Source: Nitrospirales bacterium
GTDB taxonomy: Bacteria; Nitrospirota; Nitrospiria; Nitrospirales; UBA8639
Reading direction: 5' to 3'
NCBI GenBank assembly: GCA_965203295.1
Contig: CBDBCZ010000019.1
Location: 2,400,001 to 2,464,000, forward strand
DNA: 64,000 nucleotides
Shown: piece by piece, positions 39,443 to 50,782 of the stretch
Numbering within the stretch: the stretch's first letter is position 1
Layout: every line of letters starts with the position of its first letter
Notes under the pieces: model-generated
Database searches by the model: none
The model's input: the letters and a program-made list of their open reading frames with translations, nothing else
Told to the model about the DNA's origin: nothing
Made by a program: the position numbers and the translations under genes

Positions 39443-41755
39443 CTAAAGCGCGTTGCCGTGCATACGCGCGAAGAGTTCCCAATCGAAAGGCTTGGGTGTC
39501 AGCGCATGAAGAGGAATCGTCTCAATACGTCCTTGATCCTGGTAGGCCAACATGCATCCGACAACTTGTTGAGGCTGCTCAACCAGGCGTCTGATGCTTT
39601 CGTAGGCGAGATGTTGAGCCATGGCCTTATCCGTCGGTGTCGGAGCAGCCCCTCGTAAAGTATGACCCAAAATGGTCGCTTTCGTAGCCGCGGACAGTGG
39701 GTAGTGTCCGGTTTTCCTGTGGAGGTGAGACCACTGGGCAATTCTCTGAGCCACATATTCAGTCAGGCCATGGACTCCACCTTCCCGATGGTGCCGGTGA
39801 GGGGTCTGTTCTGCCACGATAAAAATATGGCTTTTGTTCGGGACTCCCAAAGTTTGCTGTAAATTTCCGAGGATAACATCTTCGATGTAGTTATCCGGAT
39901 CAGGATGTTCGTTGACTAAAAGTCCTTCAGCTCGTGCCTGGTAGGCACAGGTCAACGCCAGATGCCCCGATCCGGCCCCCATCACTTCGACGAAAAACAC
40001 GCTTCCCATCGCAGCACTCGTGGCTTTGAGCGACTCGATCGATTGATTGGCTAGAGCGACCGCCGAATGGAGTCCAAGCGAGGTTGTCCCAGCAATGTTG
40101 TCGTCAATTGAGCCAGGAATTCCTACAACTTGGACACCAAACCGTTCATAAATGGCACGGGCACCTCGAAGGCTTCCATCTCTTCCAATGACCACCAAGG
40201 CACCATCTTGGAGGTAAGGCTTGAGGTGGTGAATTGCCGCTTGTTGGACCTCTTCATCTTTGAAATCTTCAAATCGGCTGCTTCCAATGGGACTACTCGC
40301 ATGATTGCTCATCCCTCGAGTCCCTTGCTCAGAAACAGGTTCAATCCAATTATTGGCCAGGCCGAGAAAGCCGTGTTGAACAAAATACACCTCGATGCCC
40401 AGACGATTTCCAGTGACACGAAGTTCTTTTAAGGCCGCCCCAGCCCCACCAAAATCACCGCCCGATACCAGGGCCACGATCCGACGAATTTGACCAAGGT
40501 TAAGGGTCACGCGGGCTTGACGATCATCTTCCACAGTGACCCACGCTTTCCGTTCTGCCTTTTCACGCTCTGAAAGCCCTACGGCCTTGGAATACCCCGA
40601 CAATTGTCCATGCTCGAAGGTTAAGAGGACCACATTATCTTGCCCCTCTTTGTATTCCCAAAATTCAGCAAAGGCTTCAGGGAAGGGTCGTGGGTCCAAA
40701 TAAGTGATCAAGGCCCGCAACGAGAAACTATGGGTGTAGAGACAGAGGACCTTCCCTTGGTGCGTCGCTCCCAATTTATGTAACCTATCGATAACATCGA
40801 TATAGAGTTCGAAGAACGAGTGACCCCAAGGATAACTGGAGAGGGGGTGTTTAATGAGTCGCTTAGCCAAGTTAGCTTCTAAACCAAAAGCCTTGGCAGC
40901 TTCCTCGATTTCTGTGGATTTTTCGATCCCTGTAGCCCATCCAAAATCCTGGGACTGCAAAGCACACTCAACCGTGGGTTCGGTATCCTTGGTGGACTCT
41001 GGCGCGATTGCAGCAACGACCCGTTCGAAGAGCTCTCGAGTGTTCGGACTTTGACTGACCAAATGAATAAAGGTGTGAGGGTCAAGGTAATTATGTAAAT
41101 GAAGGTAATCTAACTGATGCCCCACGACTCCCAACATTCGAGCCAGTCCGAGACCAATCGCATCGGCCTTAGGAATTCCGCGTTCGGGATCCAGGCGATT
41201 CGCGAACGGGCATCCCATTCGATGCGTCTTACTTTCCATTTGAGAAATACCATGACGCATGGTGAACAAAAGAGTCCGATTCGTCAGATCACGAGGCATC
41301 AGCCAAAAACGATCCTCCCTCAGACCGATGACTGTTCGACTGTCGGTGAGATGTGCGGTGAGATGCTGGCGAGGCACGATGACCTCTAGACGACGGCGCG
41401 TTGGTTTCTGAACAGCACCGATGGAGGCTCGGAATAACTGGGAAAGCTCTCCTCGAGCAACGAGCTGATTCCACGCCGCGAAAAATAGGAGTTCGTCCCC
41501 CCCACATTCCTCTCGAATGAGCGTACTGCGGGCACTTCGATATGTTTCTGCATCAGGAAACCCGGTTTGAGCTCGTTGAACAAAAGCCTTGATTGCTTCT
41601 GTCACCTTAGGCACTTGATGCAATCGATTCGGGTTAGCTATGGGAAGAGCCATCTTTTCCGACCCATCCACATGCGTTCGTTGAGCAAGGGCTTCTCCAT
41701 ACGCCAAAAGCCCTTTGCCCGTCACAAAATCGAGCGTTTCTCTATCAGAATTCAT
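39443..41755 (-). CDS. 6-phosphofructokinase fused to an N-terminal histidine-phosphatase-like domain
   Basis: C-terminal PfkA motifs SGGD, GSSR, IG(R)DGS, PGSIDD, VEVMG, LGH..RG; N-terminal MRHG and LYTHS. Confidence 0.85.
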   Translation of the reverse strand: MNSDRETLDFVTGKGLLAYGEALAQRTHVDGSEKMALPIANPNRLHQVPKVTEAIKAFVQRAQTGFPDAETYRSARSTLIREECGGDELLFFAAWNQLVARGELSQLFRASIGAVQKPTRRRLEVIVPRQHLTAHLTDSRTVIGLREDRFWLMPRDLTNRTLLFTMRHGISQMESKTHRMGCPFANRLDPERGIPKADAIGLGLARMLGVVGHQLDYLHLHNYLDPHTFIHLVSQSPNTRELFERVVAAIAPESTKDTEPTVECALQSQDFGWATGIEKSTEIEEAAKAFGLEANLAKRLIKHPLSSYPWGHSFFELYIDVIDRLHKLGATHQGKVLCLYTHSFSLRALITYLDPRPFPEAFAEFWEYKEGQDNVVLLTFEHGQLSGYSKAVGLSEREKAERKAWVTVEDDRQARVTLNLGQIRRIVALVSGGDFGGAGAALKELRVTGNRLGIEVYFVQHGFLGLANNWIEPVSEQGTRGMSNHASSPIGSSRFEDFKDEEVQQAAIHHLKPYLQDGALVVIGRDGSLRGARAIYERFGVQVVGIPGSIDDNIAGTTSLGLHSAVALANQSIESLKATSAAMGSVFFVEVMGAGSGHLALTCAYQARAEGLLVNEHPDPDNYIEDVILGNLQQTLGVPNKSHIFIVAEQTPHRHHREGGVHGLTEYVAQRIAQWSHLHRKTGHYPLSAATKATILGHTLRGAAPTPTDKAMAQHLAYESIRRLVEQPQQVVGCMLAYQDQGRIETIPLHALTPKPFDWELFARMHGNAL

Positions 41756-41834
41756 ATCTCATCTTTTCGATTCATATGATTAAGACGTGCACTTCATTGG
41801 CTTCGAACATTGAATTCAACCTTTTTTCATGTCG

Positions 41835-42070
41835 CTAAATCTCACCCCTCGTCGGAATATAGAAATGATGACTGCCGATGGTTGCAACTCTTTGACTAAC
41901 AGTAGCCCAATAGGGAGTCCTGACAAGATTCGGATTATAAAAAAGAAGCGCACCGTCCACGACTTTTCTCCCATCTTGGACAAGCTTCCATGCCAATAGG
42001 CTGTCTCTCATATTCTTATTTTTGCGGTCGAACCGCACCTGATGAGGCCTTTTAGAATTCCAAGGCTGAA
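41835..42070 (-). pseudogene. SleB/CwlJ-like cell wall hydrolase, 3' half
   Basis: QPWN...GALLFYNP...W...IGSHHFY; continues exactly from the 5' half ending at 43255. Confidence 0.8.
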
Positions 42071-42475
42071 CAGGTGAGCTAAAAGAACGTTCGCGAAATG
42101 CTATCAATTCCCTAGCAGCACTAGAAAACGGCAATCTATACTTAGAGATCTTGGAATCCATACACCTTTTCCCCGGATTCGAATATTGGATTAATTTGGA
42201 GAACAAGACGGATGAAAGGAACCGACCGAAGGAGAGAAAACGTTAGCGGCTGAGTTCAACGCCTGATCAGATTGAATTTACCCAGAATAAAAAACCTATA
42301 GAGATGGATGGTGGTGAAACTCTCAGAAAAAAACGTCATGTGATTATACAGGAATTCACTCGTCAATTGCAATACAAGAATGTCACTAATAAGAAAAGCT
42401 TAACTGATGCAATTTTTGGAGGGATACTGTTTCAAATTGTTCACAAATTGTTACAAGTTTCTATGATTAGGCAAA

Positions 42476-42500
42476 ATTGGGGTGAGTGACGGGTCTCGAA
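42476..42500. repeat. att site: 25-bp copy of the tRNA-His 3' end
   Basis: attggggtgagtgacgggtctcgaa is identical to 45769-45793. Confidence 0.9.
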
Positions 42501-42915
42501 TTGCAACTGAACCCCTTGCTCCCTTGAAGATCAACAAGTTAGCGATGCAGATCAAGGAAAAGAGCGGCAAGATTTCGGCGAATCTGAAACCTAGACGCAA
42601 CCAAGAATGAGGGGGTGTACTTGTCGGCAGGCGGGGGGCCTATTTAGGGAACCCGACGATTAGCCATATGCTTTAGCCTCTAAAAACACCCGAGCAATCG
42701 ATGGCTTGGTGAAAGTAAAGATGGCGAACTCGTGCACCTTGCTCCCTTCTGCAAGAAGATTATTATGTCTTAGGGGTGGACTCAACTTCGAGGGGAGCAG
42801 GATACTCGACGCGACCTGTTCTGCGCACACCAGGGGCATCTGGCAAACCATCAGGCGATAGGGGTCAACATGACAAGACGCGATCACCCATCAGCGCAGC
42901 TTTGTTATGTATTTT

Positions 42916-43254
42916 TTATGGATTTATTCCAATATAATCATATAAATACTTCGCAGCATGCTTTCTACCGTTAACATTCCAATGGGTATCAAAAGGGTAA
43001 TAAAGCAATTTGCCTGAAAGTGCTAATTCTTTGAAATACGAAAACAAGTCGACGAAGCGAATATCTAATTCCGTTGCGATTGATTTTATCGCTTCTAATG
43101 AGTTTTTTTCATACTTCAACTGGTCCTCAATATTACCAATAAATCTCACGCCACTTTTATGATTCACATACAACTTTCAGTAAACCTGCAATTTTGTAGG
43201 AATATACAAAACAATTGGAATGATATTATTCTTATTAGCTATATCAGTAAATTG
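42916..43254 (-). pseudogene. SGNH/AlgX-AlgJ-like protein, 3' fragment
   Basis: QFTDIANKNNIIPIVLYIPTKLQVY* ... LYYPFDTHWNVNG (DxH motif); AT-rich. Confidence 0.75.
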
Positions 43255-43587
43255 ATTGTCTCGGTCTCAATACGGTACCTGCAATCGTTCCATCACTTTG
43301 ATACCTTCTCTCCATTCTATTCCTAATCACGGCCGCTACAGCGAGCTTCCCAGCAAAACTCTCTCCCCTTGCTTCAAGATACACGGTTAATGCCGCAAGA
43401 GCTTCGTCAGAAAAGGACGTTGGCTGTCCCAAAGACGAGCAGTGTTTCCAGCAGAGGATGCCATTTCAACCATTTCAGCTTTTATTTTGACTAGATTCAA
43501 GAAATCGGCAGTGGTACCTGCCCCAAGGAGAACTGAAAGAGATCCTCCAATGAGTGTAGCTGTCCTGATTCCTATACGTCTGTTCAT
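43255..43587 (-). pseudogene. SleB/CwlJ-like cell wall hydrolase, 5' half (displaced)
   Basis: Signal-like N-terminus, apparent frameshift near 43435, then LTVYLEARGESFAGKLAVAAVIRNR...VLRPRQ. Confidence 0.8.
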
Positions 43588-43697
43588 GATGGATTTTCTC
43601 CCTCTTTTTATGATGTCCCGGTATTTTTAATTAAACGGAGGCTTTAGGAGGTAATCTAAAAGAATTCCAATGCAGCTCTTGCAACCATACCCTCAAG

Positions 43698-44560
43698 TTT
43701 GAGTAATTCTCTTAACTTTTTCCATTCCTTATTTTTTAGCAGTTGTTCCGCTGTGTGTTTTTCGTTCCAATAAGCGAATCTCATTGGCAGCTGTTCATCT
43801 GCTAAGTTTATTATGCCGAGATCATCTTTATAATCTATAGGGTTTCTCAAAATAGATCTGATAGCCCTTTTTAGCATATCCGGAAACAATACTCTGAGGA
43901 TGTCTGACATAGTCGTGATATATCTTTCAAGAAAATTCTGTTGCGGAAGATATTTATAATACGCCCCTCCATCAAGCCATCGCTCGTATTCCTTTATATC
44001 ACGAATATCATTACCTGAAAAAAAGCAAAAAATTGCATATTGTGTTTGACCTTCTTATACGTTGACGTATTTTTCTATAACCTGTACGAATAGCTCGAGA
44101 TATTGATAAGGGCCATACCATGCCATTCCGGAATTAAAGGTAGAGAGTCCACTTTTCGTCTTAAATAATTCAGAAAATGTATATTGATCATTCTCGCCGA
44201 TCTGAAGATACGAATCACCTATGAAAAGGACATGATAAGGTGGCGATGAGCTATTAGTCCGAAACCCATCATCATTATATGATGCAGCATATGGTAGCTT
44301 GAGAGGCTTAATTCCATACTCTTTTCTATATAAATCTCCGTTAAAAATTGGTTTAACGTCACTCCTATCTTTAGCCCTGAATACCAGCTTATCGTCATAT
44401 CTATATCTTTTTTTATATGCATAATACTTTACGGCATCAAGATTAAATGTCTTTAAGAGTCCAGGTTCAATTTCTATGATTGAGAAAAAATAAATGAGCA
44501 GACAATGAGAAGAAATACACAATAAATAAAATATGTGATGGTTGTCCTCAAAATCGTCAT
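43698..44560 (-). pseudogene. SGNH/AlgX-AlgJ-like protein, 5' fragment
   Basis: ATG 44560; frameshift in a homopolymer run near 44485; NDDGFR, IGDSY, YGPYQY; in-frame TAA at 44055-44057; FFSGND; ends at LRELLK. Confidence 0.75.
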
Positions 44561-44798
44561 TCTAAATCCCACCTGTATTGGTATGACCCATAACATTTTC
44601 TAGAGAGAATGGGAAAGCATCTGAGAGTGCTCTTTAAGTCAAGAAAAGACAGCAGCAAATTTTGAACCACCCGTCGAAATCTCATGAGGACTAGTTGATC
44701 AGGCTACACAATCTCGCGTTCGCATCAAGATTGAGAATGGGGTCAAAGATTTGGGGTCAACACTTTACTTTTTAGTAACCTCCTGCTAGCCCGGCCCC

Positions 44799-45293
44799 AT
44801 GTCACGACCGCTGCGGATTGAATTTGAGGGAGCCGTCTATCATGTCACCTCACGCGGCAATGCGGGGCAACCGATCTTCGAGGCTGACCAGGACCGACTT
44901 CGGTTCCTAGAGCTACTCGGACGAGAAGTCCAGCAACAGCACTGGCGCTGTCATGCCTACTGTCTAATGGGGAACCACTACCATCTTCTCGTGGAGACCC
45001 CGGACGGCCATCTCCGCCGGGGCATAGCTCGGTTGAATGCAGTCTATTCCCAATGGTTCAATCGTCGGCATGACCGGTCTGGACATCTGTTCCAAGGTCG
45101 CTACAAGGCGATTCTAGTTGAACGGGACCCCCATTTATTGGAATTGTGTCGGTATGTGGTATTGAACCCGGTGCGCGCAGGGCTGGTGAAAAAAGTGGAG
45201 GCGTGGCCGTGGAGCAGTTATCATGCCACGGTAAAAGGACAGCGGGGGCCTGACCCATGCGTTTCCCTGGACCCGACGGGTGAAATGGGCTAG
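44799..45293 (+). mobile_element. REP-associated tyrosine transposase (RAYT, Y1/HUH), probably C-terminally truncated
   Basis: MSRPLRIEFEGAVYHVTSRGN, NHYHLL (HUH), GHLFQGRY, YVVLNPVRAG, WPWSSY. Confidence 0.88.
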
Positions 45294-45318
45294 AAGGTAC
45301 AGTGTTGACCCTCTAACC

Positions 45319-45627
45319 CTACTTGCTTTGCTTGGACCTTGAGGTCAACCAACACCCTCGAACGGCACCCAACAAGAGGTCGACTGCGCGATATTCGTCC
45401 AGGTCTTCGGGGGCAGACCCTTGCGATTTTTCCGCTTCGAGCTTTGTGTGTTGCTCCTCAAAAGCGTCGGAGATGTATTTCAGAAAGATCAGATCGAGGA
45501 CAACGTGCTTGTACTCGGCCGCGTCCATGCTGCCGCGCAACGCATCCACCATTTGCCAGAGTTGAGCTTCGTAGCCAACAATGGCACCCTGCTTAGATTC
45601 AGTTAGTTTTTTCTTTGTTTTTGCCAT
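45319..45627 (-). pseudogene. hsdM: type I restriction-modification M subunit, N-terminal fragment
   Basis: [34 protein letters not shown]...DEYRA, then resemblance is lost near 45385. Confidence 0.85.
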
Positions 45628-45770
45628 CCTAACACTTATAAAGAAAACTCCTGTGGATAAAGATCTTTCTGGGTCAAAACCCGCAACCCAGCCGTAACCC
45701 CATTGTTACCGCGAATCAGAAACTCGTTCTGAATATATTGCATTTTCTGGGAATATTTTGGAAGGAATAT

Positions 45771-45846
45771 TGGGGTGAGTGACGGGTCTCGAACCCGCAG
45801 CCTCCTGAGCCACAGTCAGGCGCTCTACCCTTGAGCTACACCCACC
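45771..45846 (-). tRNA. tRNA-His (GTG)
   Basis: Cloverleaf with G-1, acceptor GTGGGTG/CACTCAC, anticodon loop CTGTGGC, GGTTCGA, C discriminator and encoded CCA. Confidence 0.97.
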
Positions 45847-46001
45847 ACCGAGATCAATGGCTTAGGGATAGGGGAATTGATCTTAACAAACGATCCGAGG
45901 GCTCGCAAGGTAGATCGTCAACATTGACCGAATTAAACCAGGTATGGTAAGTAGTCCCACCTTGATTTCACTGCGATGAAGATAAACTTGGAGGACTAAA
46001 A

Positions 46002-46274
46002 ATGCCTGTGGTTCATAAATCCACGATTAAACGAGCCCGACAATCTGTCAAACGACGACAACGGAACCGAGCGGTGATGAGCACCACCAAAGAGGCTGTT
46101 AAGAAAGTTCGAAATGCTCTTGACAAAAAAGAGACTGAACAGATTCAAACTCTTTTGCGTGAAGCAAGTGCCCAATTGCATCAGGCTGTTTCTAAGGGTT
46201 GGCTCAAGAAGAACACGGCTTCAAGACAGATTTCACGGTTAGCCCTTCAAGTGAACAAATTGAAAGCCTCGTAA
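46002..46274 (+). CDS. rpsT: 30S ribosomal protein S20
   Basis: HKSTIKRARQSVKRRQRN...KGWLKKNTASRQISRL; GGAGG RBS. Confidence 0.96.
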   Translation: MPVVHKSTIKRARQSVKRRQRNRAVMSTTKEAVKKVRNALDKKETEQIQTLLREASAQLHQAVSKGWLKKNTASRQISRLALQVNKLKAS

Positions 46275-46363
46275 TTCCGAAGTTCCTCATCTTAGCCACT
46301 TCCCCATCTGCTATCGCTTGTTCAACCCAGGGACTTTTCCCTTTTCCAGCCATTCTCTGCTAA

Positions 46364-47418
46364 TTACCCTCTTGCTTTGATCACCCCACATAACTGCAAC
46401 AACAGACCTTGAAGAATGTGGTCCGGCGTCCCTGCGCTCCCACCCTTTAAAGCCGAATCAACATGTTGAAACAAGCCAAAGGCCATTTGCAGATAGGGTT
46501 CCGAAAATTGCCGCACCAGCAAGAAAAAATCTCGTTGTCGGAAAGGAGGAATACCCAGGGACTGGGCAACCTTGCTCTCTGCTAATCCATTGGTCAACGC
46601 TTCCCTCGCTTTCCAAATTCGCCGGTATTGCCATAGGAGAGATCCCAGTATCCGCAGGGGAGCCTCTCCTGTTTCTAGATTCTTTTTCAATATGTCAAAA
46701 GCTAACCCGCAGTTTGCAGAACCGATGGTTCCCGCTAAGTCAAACACAGAGGCGCCAGGCTCAATCCCTTGTAGAGCTTCAACATCTCCGTACTCCACTT
46801 TATGACCAGGTGAAACGTAACAGGCTAATTTGTCTATTTCACGCCTGACGATATAGAGCCCTTCCCCGGCTCGTTCCTTCAGCGCCTGCGCGGCTTCTTC
46901 TGTTAATTTTACTCCAGTCGGCTAGCTTCTTGTTTAATCCATGGAACACGCTGGTTCTCAAACAATGGCATGCAGTCAATCAGTGCAGCCTTTGCCTTCA
47001 GTGCTTGAACCCATTTAAGTCGACCATCTAACTTCCCTGCTATGAAAACAAGAGTCGCCGAGTCAGAGGGGGACTGAATGTATGGTATCAGGGCTTCTCC
47101 TTCTTTGGCGTTGAGTTTTTCAGCCCACTTCACCACCACGAAGGTCTCAGAGGAAAAGATGGGGACCTCTTGAACTTTAAGCAGAATTTCCGAGGCGTCT
47201 GTTTCGTCTCCATACACTACGTCACAGGACGACCATTCTTCTTGTCCAGATCCACCTTGAGGTTGTCCCGTTTTTTGATTAGAAGCTCCATGTTTTCGTA
47301 TGGCTTGATCGATAAAACGGAAGGCTTGATCGCGAAGATAGTCCTCTTCCCCTAGGATCAGATAAATCGGTTGCAGACCCTGTCGTTGAACGACCAGGGG
47401 AATTTCATGGGGTTTCAT
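46364..47418 (-). pseudogene. holA: DNA polymerase III delta subunit, frameshifted (or sequencing error)
   Basis: PIYLILGEEDYL N-terminal ORF ends at 46909; adding one G near 46914 gives RLGVKLTEEAAQAL...REIDKL joined to the 46364..46798 frame; leuS-lptE-holA order. Confidence 0.85.
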
Positions 47419-47454
47419 GTGTGCGATCCCAAGGAGGTGAGAAAGAAGTGTGAT

Positions 47455-48150
47455 TTAACAAACGAGAGAAGGAAAACCTAACAAATCCGGAATGTAAAAA
47501 AGGGACACTTTCTCCCCTTCACCAGATGAAAGAGAAAAAGTCCCATTATCTCGTGCCACCCAAAACTCATTCGCCAATTGGTTTGCAATCTCTAATCCTG
47601 CCTGCTCCAACGCCCGGTCATACAACACTCGGTTGAATTGTATTTGGTCTTGTCCTCCACCAGTGTCCGCGTCTGAGCCCACAAAAAAGTCTCCAGTCCC
47701 GGTCGCCGTCTGACTCCATACAATTTCCCCAGTTTTTCGATTTTCTACGGTCACTCTCGTCACCATTTGGACACGCCCCTCTTGAGTGATATTGCCACTG
47801 AACGCCAAAGAAGAAACCGTTGCCGATACGATGACACCCTTTAATAGAAAATCGGCTTCTGCCTCCTTCGGTAGAATCTCTGCCCCGGCATTCACTCGAA
47901 ACTGTTGCTTGACATAACGCGTCAATTTAAACTCCAGGTCTTGTTGAAAGGTATTGTTCTTGAATTTCTGAACCGCTAATCGCACCAGAGGCCCTTTAAC
48001 TTCATGCTGATCCCCTCCCCCAAGGACCGGTCCAGACCCCTCAATTGCAAACTGATAGCCACACCCGAAAGACAACATCATGGCTAGCCCGACGATCCCA
48101 CTTAACCCAAACAGCCTCTGTGTGGAATTCTGAAAGATGTTAGACCACAA
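47455..48150 (-). CDS. lptE: LptE-family LPS assembly lipoprotein
   Basis: Lipobox FGCGYQF; between leuS and holA; start uncertain. Confidence 0.8.
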   Translation of the reverse strand: MWSNIFQNSTQRLFGLSGIVGLAMMLSFGCGYQFAIEGSGPVLGGGDQHEVKGPLVRLAVQKFKNNTFQQDLEFKLTRYVKQQFRVNAGAEILPKEAEADFLLKGVIVSATVSSLAFSGNITQEGRVQMVTRVTVENRKTGEIVWSQTATGTGDFFVGSDADTGGGQDQIQFNRVLYDRALEQAGLEIANQLANEFWVARDNGTFSLSSGEGEKVSLFYIPDLLGFPSLVC

Positions 48151-50782
48151 AATTGACCAGTTTCTTTTCAACATAAACCACCTTTCGTGGTTCTTTGCCC
48201 TGGAACCATTCTTGGACTTTTTCATCTCGTGAGGCCAAATCGAGAATTTCATCCTTTGTGGAATCGGCTGATACCAAAATCTTGCTCCGCAATCGTCCGT
48301 TCACTTGAAGGGGAATAATCATTTCGGTCCTGACCGCTAATGCAGGATCATACTGCGGCCAGGGCTGTTGGGCAATGCTTGGTGAATGACACAGATTTTC
48401 CCATAGCTCTTCAGCTAAATGGGGAGCAAAGGGGGAGAGCAATTTCACAAAGGCTTCGGCAGATTGACGGGGAAGTGGGCCATCTCGTGTAATTTCTCGG
48501 GCAAATACCATGAGTTTTGATATAGCGGTGTTGAGGCCCATCTCCTCAATATCTTCTGTGACGCCTTTTATGGTTTGGGCTGTCAGTCGTGCCTGCTGGG
48601 GTGTTCCGGAACCTTCGACCATTGCGATCAGTGACCATCGTTCATTTTGGCGCTCGTAAAAAAGCCTGTAAGCCCGCTGAAGAAATCGATGCACCCCAGG
48701 GATGGATTCAGCTGACCAGGGCGCCCCCTTATCTAACGGTCCCATGAACATCTCGTACAGTCTCATCGCATCGGTCCCGAATTCAGCAATGACGTCATCG
48801 GGATTCACGACGTTGCCACGACTCTTGGACATTTTCTCGGTAACTTCTTCCAATTTGAGACCCTCTATGGTGGGATGGATCGGGTCACCTTTTTCATTCC
48901 ATCGGACATCCTGTGACGAAACCCATCGGGCCTTAACTTCTTCCCTACTCTTTTGATGCACCGTCGTTCCCTCAAGAACGTGAACGTCTGAGGAAGAGTA
49001 TACCGTTGGGGCAACCGACGGATTATCAGAGAGGTTGTTGTCATAGTATCGGTAACTATACCCGAGAATCATTCCAGGGTTCAGGAGCTTTTGGAATGGC
49101 TCTTTGGTATGCACTAACTCGAGGTCATACAGCACCTTATGCCAAAAACGGGAATACAGGAGATGGAGGACCGCATGCTCTGCTCCCCCCACATAGAGGT
49201 CCACTGGCATCCAATAGTTCTCTGCTTCAGGAGACCATACTTGTTGGTCGTTCTGAGGATCACAGAACCGAAGATAGTACCAACAACTTCCTGCCCATTG
49301 GGGCATCGTATTGGCATCACGGAGTGCTTTCCGATTCGTCTCAGAATCAGTGACTTCCCTCCATTCTCGAACCCTGGCTAACGGCGGTTCAAATTCCCCA
49401 GTTGGCCCGAAATCATCTAATTCAGGGAGCAGCACTGGAAGATCGGCCTCTGAAATCAATTTGGTGGTCCCGTCATCAAAATGAATGATTGGGAAAGGCT
49501 CCCCCCAGTATCGCTGACGACTAAACAACCAATCTCTCAGTTTATAACTGACCGCTCGCTTGCCTTTTCCTTGGGTTTCTAGCCACTCGTTCATTCTCGA
49601 TTTGGCTTCGGGGGTCTGAAGTCCGTCCAAAAATTGAGATTGGATATTGACACCCTCTCCGGTAAAGGCCTCAGTGTTCACATCCCCTCCAGACACGACT
49701 TCGACGATGGGTAAACGAAACGTCTTGGCAAACGCATAGTCACGAGTATCATGAGCCGGAACCGCCATGATCGCACCTGTCCCATAGCTCGCTAAGACAT
49801 AATCGGCAATCCAAATAGGCAGACGAGTACCTGTGACCGGATGCAACACAAAGGCCCCAGTCGGCACTCCTGTTTTTTCTCCGACTTCCGATATTCGGGA
49901 TCGTTCACTCCTCCGCGTCACGTCCTCCACATACGCTTCGACGACTTGGGATTGCTCTGCAGTGGTAATAGTCTTAACGAGCGGATGTTCCGGAGCGAGA
50001 ACCATGTAGGTGGCCCCAAATAAGGTATCCAGACGGGTGGTAAAGACTTCGATGCGTTCACCGGGGAAGTCGGCCAGCTCAAAAAAGATTCGAGCCCCAT
50101 CAGATCGGCCGACCCACTCGCGCTGCATTTTTTTAATCGGCTCAGGCCAATCAACTTCTTCCAAATCATCGATTAAGCGATCCGCATAGGCAGTAATCCG
50201 CAACATCCATTGTCGCATAGGAATCCGGATGACTGGATGGCCTCCTCGTTCGCTTTTTCCGTCCTGGACTTCCTCATTGGCCAAAACCGTTCCGAGCGCC
50301 TGGCACCAATTCACCGGAACCTCTGCTAGATAAGCCAGATCCCGTTCATACAGTTTGCAAAAAATCCATTGCGTCCACCGCACGTACCGAGGATCAGTCG
50401 TATCAATTTCCCTCGACCAATCATAATCCATCCCGAGCGCCTGAAACTGACGTTTAAAGTTTTTGATGTTTCGTCGGGTGTTATCCCGGGGATGTGTTCC
50501 AGTCTCAATGGCATATTGTTCAGCGGGAAGGCCGAAAGCATCCCACCCCATTGGATGAAGCACATTAAATCCGCGCATCCGTTTGTATCGAGAGATAACA
50601 TCGGTCGCGATATACCCTTTGGGATGCCCGACATGAAGACCGGACCCCGAAGGATAAGGGAACATATCTAAGATGTAGAATTTCGGTTTGGAAGGATCGA
50701 TTTCAGATCGAAAAACTTGGTGAGTCTGCCAATAGGCTTGCCACTTCGCCTCGATAGCATGATGATCGTACCCATGAGCCAT
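48140..50782 (-). CDS. leuS: leucine--tRNA ligase
   Basis: [32 protein letters not shown]. Confidence 0.98.
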   Translation of the reverse strand: MAHGYDHHAIEAKWQAYWQTHQVFRSEIDPSKPKFYILDMFPYPSGSGLHVGHPKGYIATDVISRYKRMRGFNVLHPMGWDAFGLPAEQYAIETGTHPRDNTRRNIKNFKRQFQALGMDYDWSREIDTTDPRYVRWTQWIFCKLYERDLAYLAEVPVNWCQALGTVLANEEVQDGKSERGGHPVIRIPMRQWMLRITAYADRLIDDLEEVDWPEPIKKMQREWVGRSDGARIFFELADFPGERIEVFTTRLDTLFGATYMVLAPEHPLVKTITTAEQSQVVEAYVEDVTRRSERSRISEVGEKTGVPTGAFVLHPVTGTRLPIWIADYVLASYGTGAIMAVPAHDTRDYAFAKTFRLPIVEVVSGGDVNTEAFTGEGVNIQSQFLDGLQTPEAKSRMNEWLETQGKGKRAVSYKLRDWLFSRQRYWGEPFPIIHFDDGTTKLISEADLPVLLPELDDFGPTGEFEPPLARVREWREVTDSETNRKALRDANTMPQWAGSCWYYLRFCDPQNDQQVWSPEAENYWMPVDLYVGGAEHAVLHLLYSRFWHKVLYDLELVHTKEPFQKLLNPGMILGYSYRYYDNNLSDNPSVAPTVYSSSDVHVLEGTTVHQKSREEVKARWVSSQDVRWNEKGDPIHPTIEGLKLEEVTEKMSKSRGNVVNPDDVIAEFGTDAMRLYEMFMGPLDKGAPWSAESIPGVHRFLQRAYRLFYERQNERWSLIAMVEGSGTPQQARLTAQTIKGVTEDIEEMGLNTAISKLMVFAREITRDGPLPRQSAEAFVKLLSPFAPHLAEELWENLCHSPSIAQQPWPQYDPALAVRTEMIIPLQVNGRLRSKILVSADSTKDEILDLASRDEKVQEWFQGKEPRKVVYVEKKLVNFVV

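Larger units (their letters stand above)
42501..45768. mobile_element. decayed genomic island integrated at tRNA-His
   Basis: Bounded by 25-bp direct repeats; carries AT-rich SGNH-like remnants, a RAYT and an hsdM fragment; no integrase. Confidence 0.75.

Noticed and set aside
42071..42300. possible c-di-AMP or c-di-GMP riboswitch upstream of the sleB-like gene
   Set aside because: Consensus elements were not recognisable by eye; needs cmscan on the unscrambled sequence.
42660..42887. 75-aa ORF inside the island
   Set aside because: No recognisable features; likely debris.
42890..42915. attC-like ACATAAC after the SGNH stop
   Set aside because: No complementary GTTRRRY core at a suitable distance and no integron integrase.
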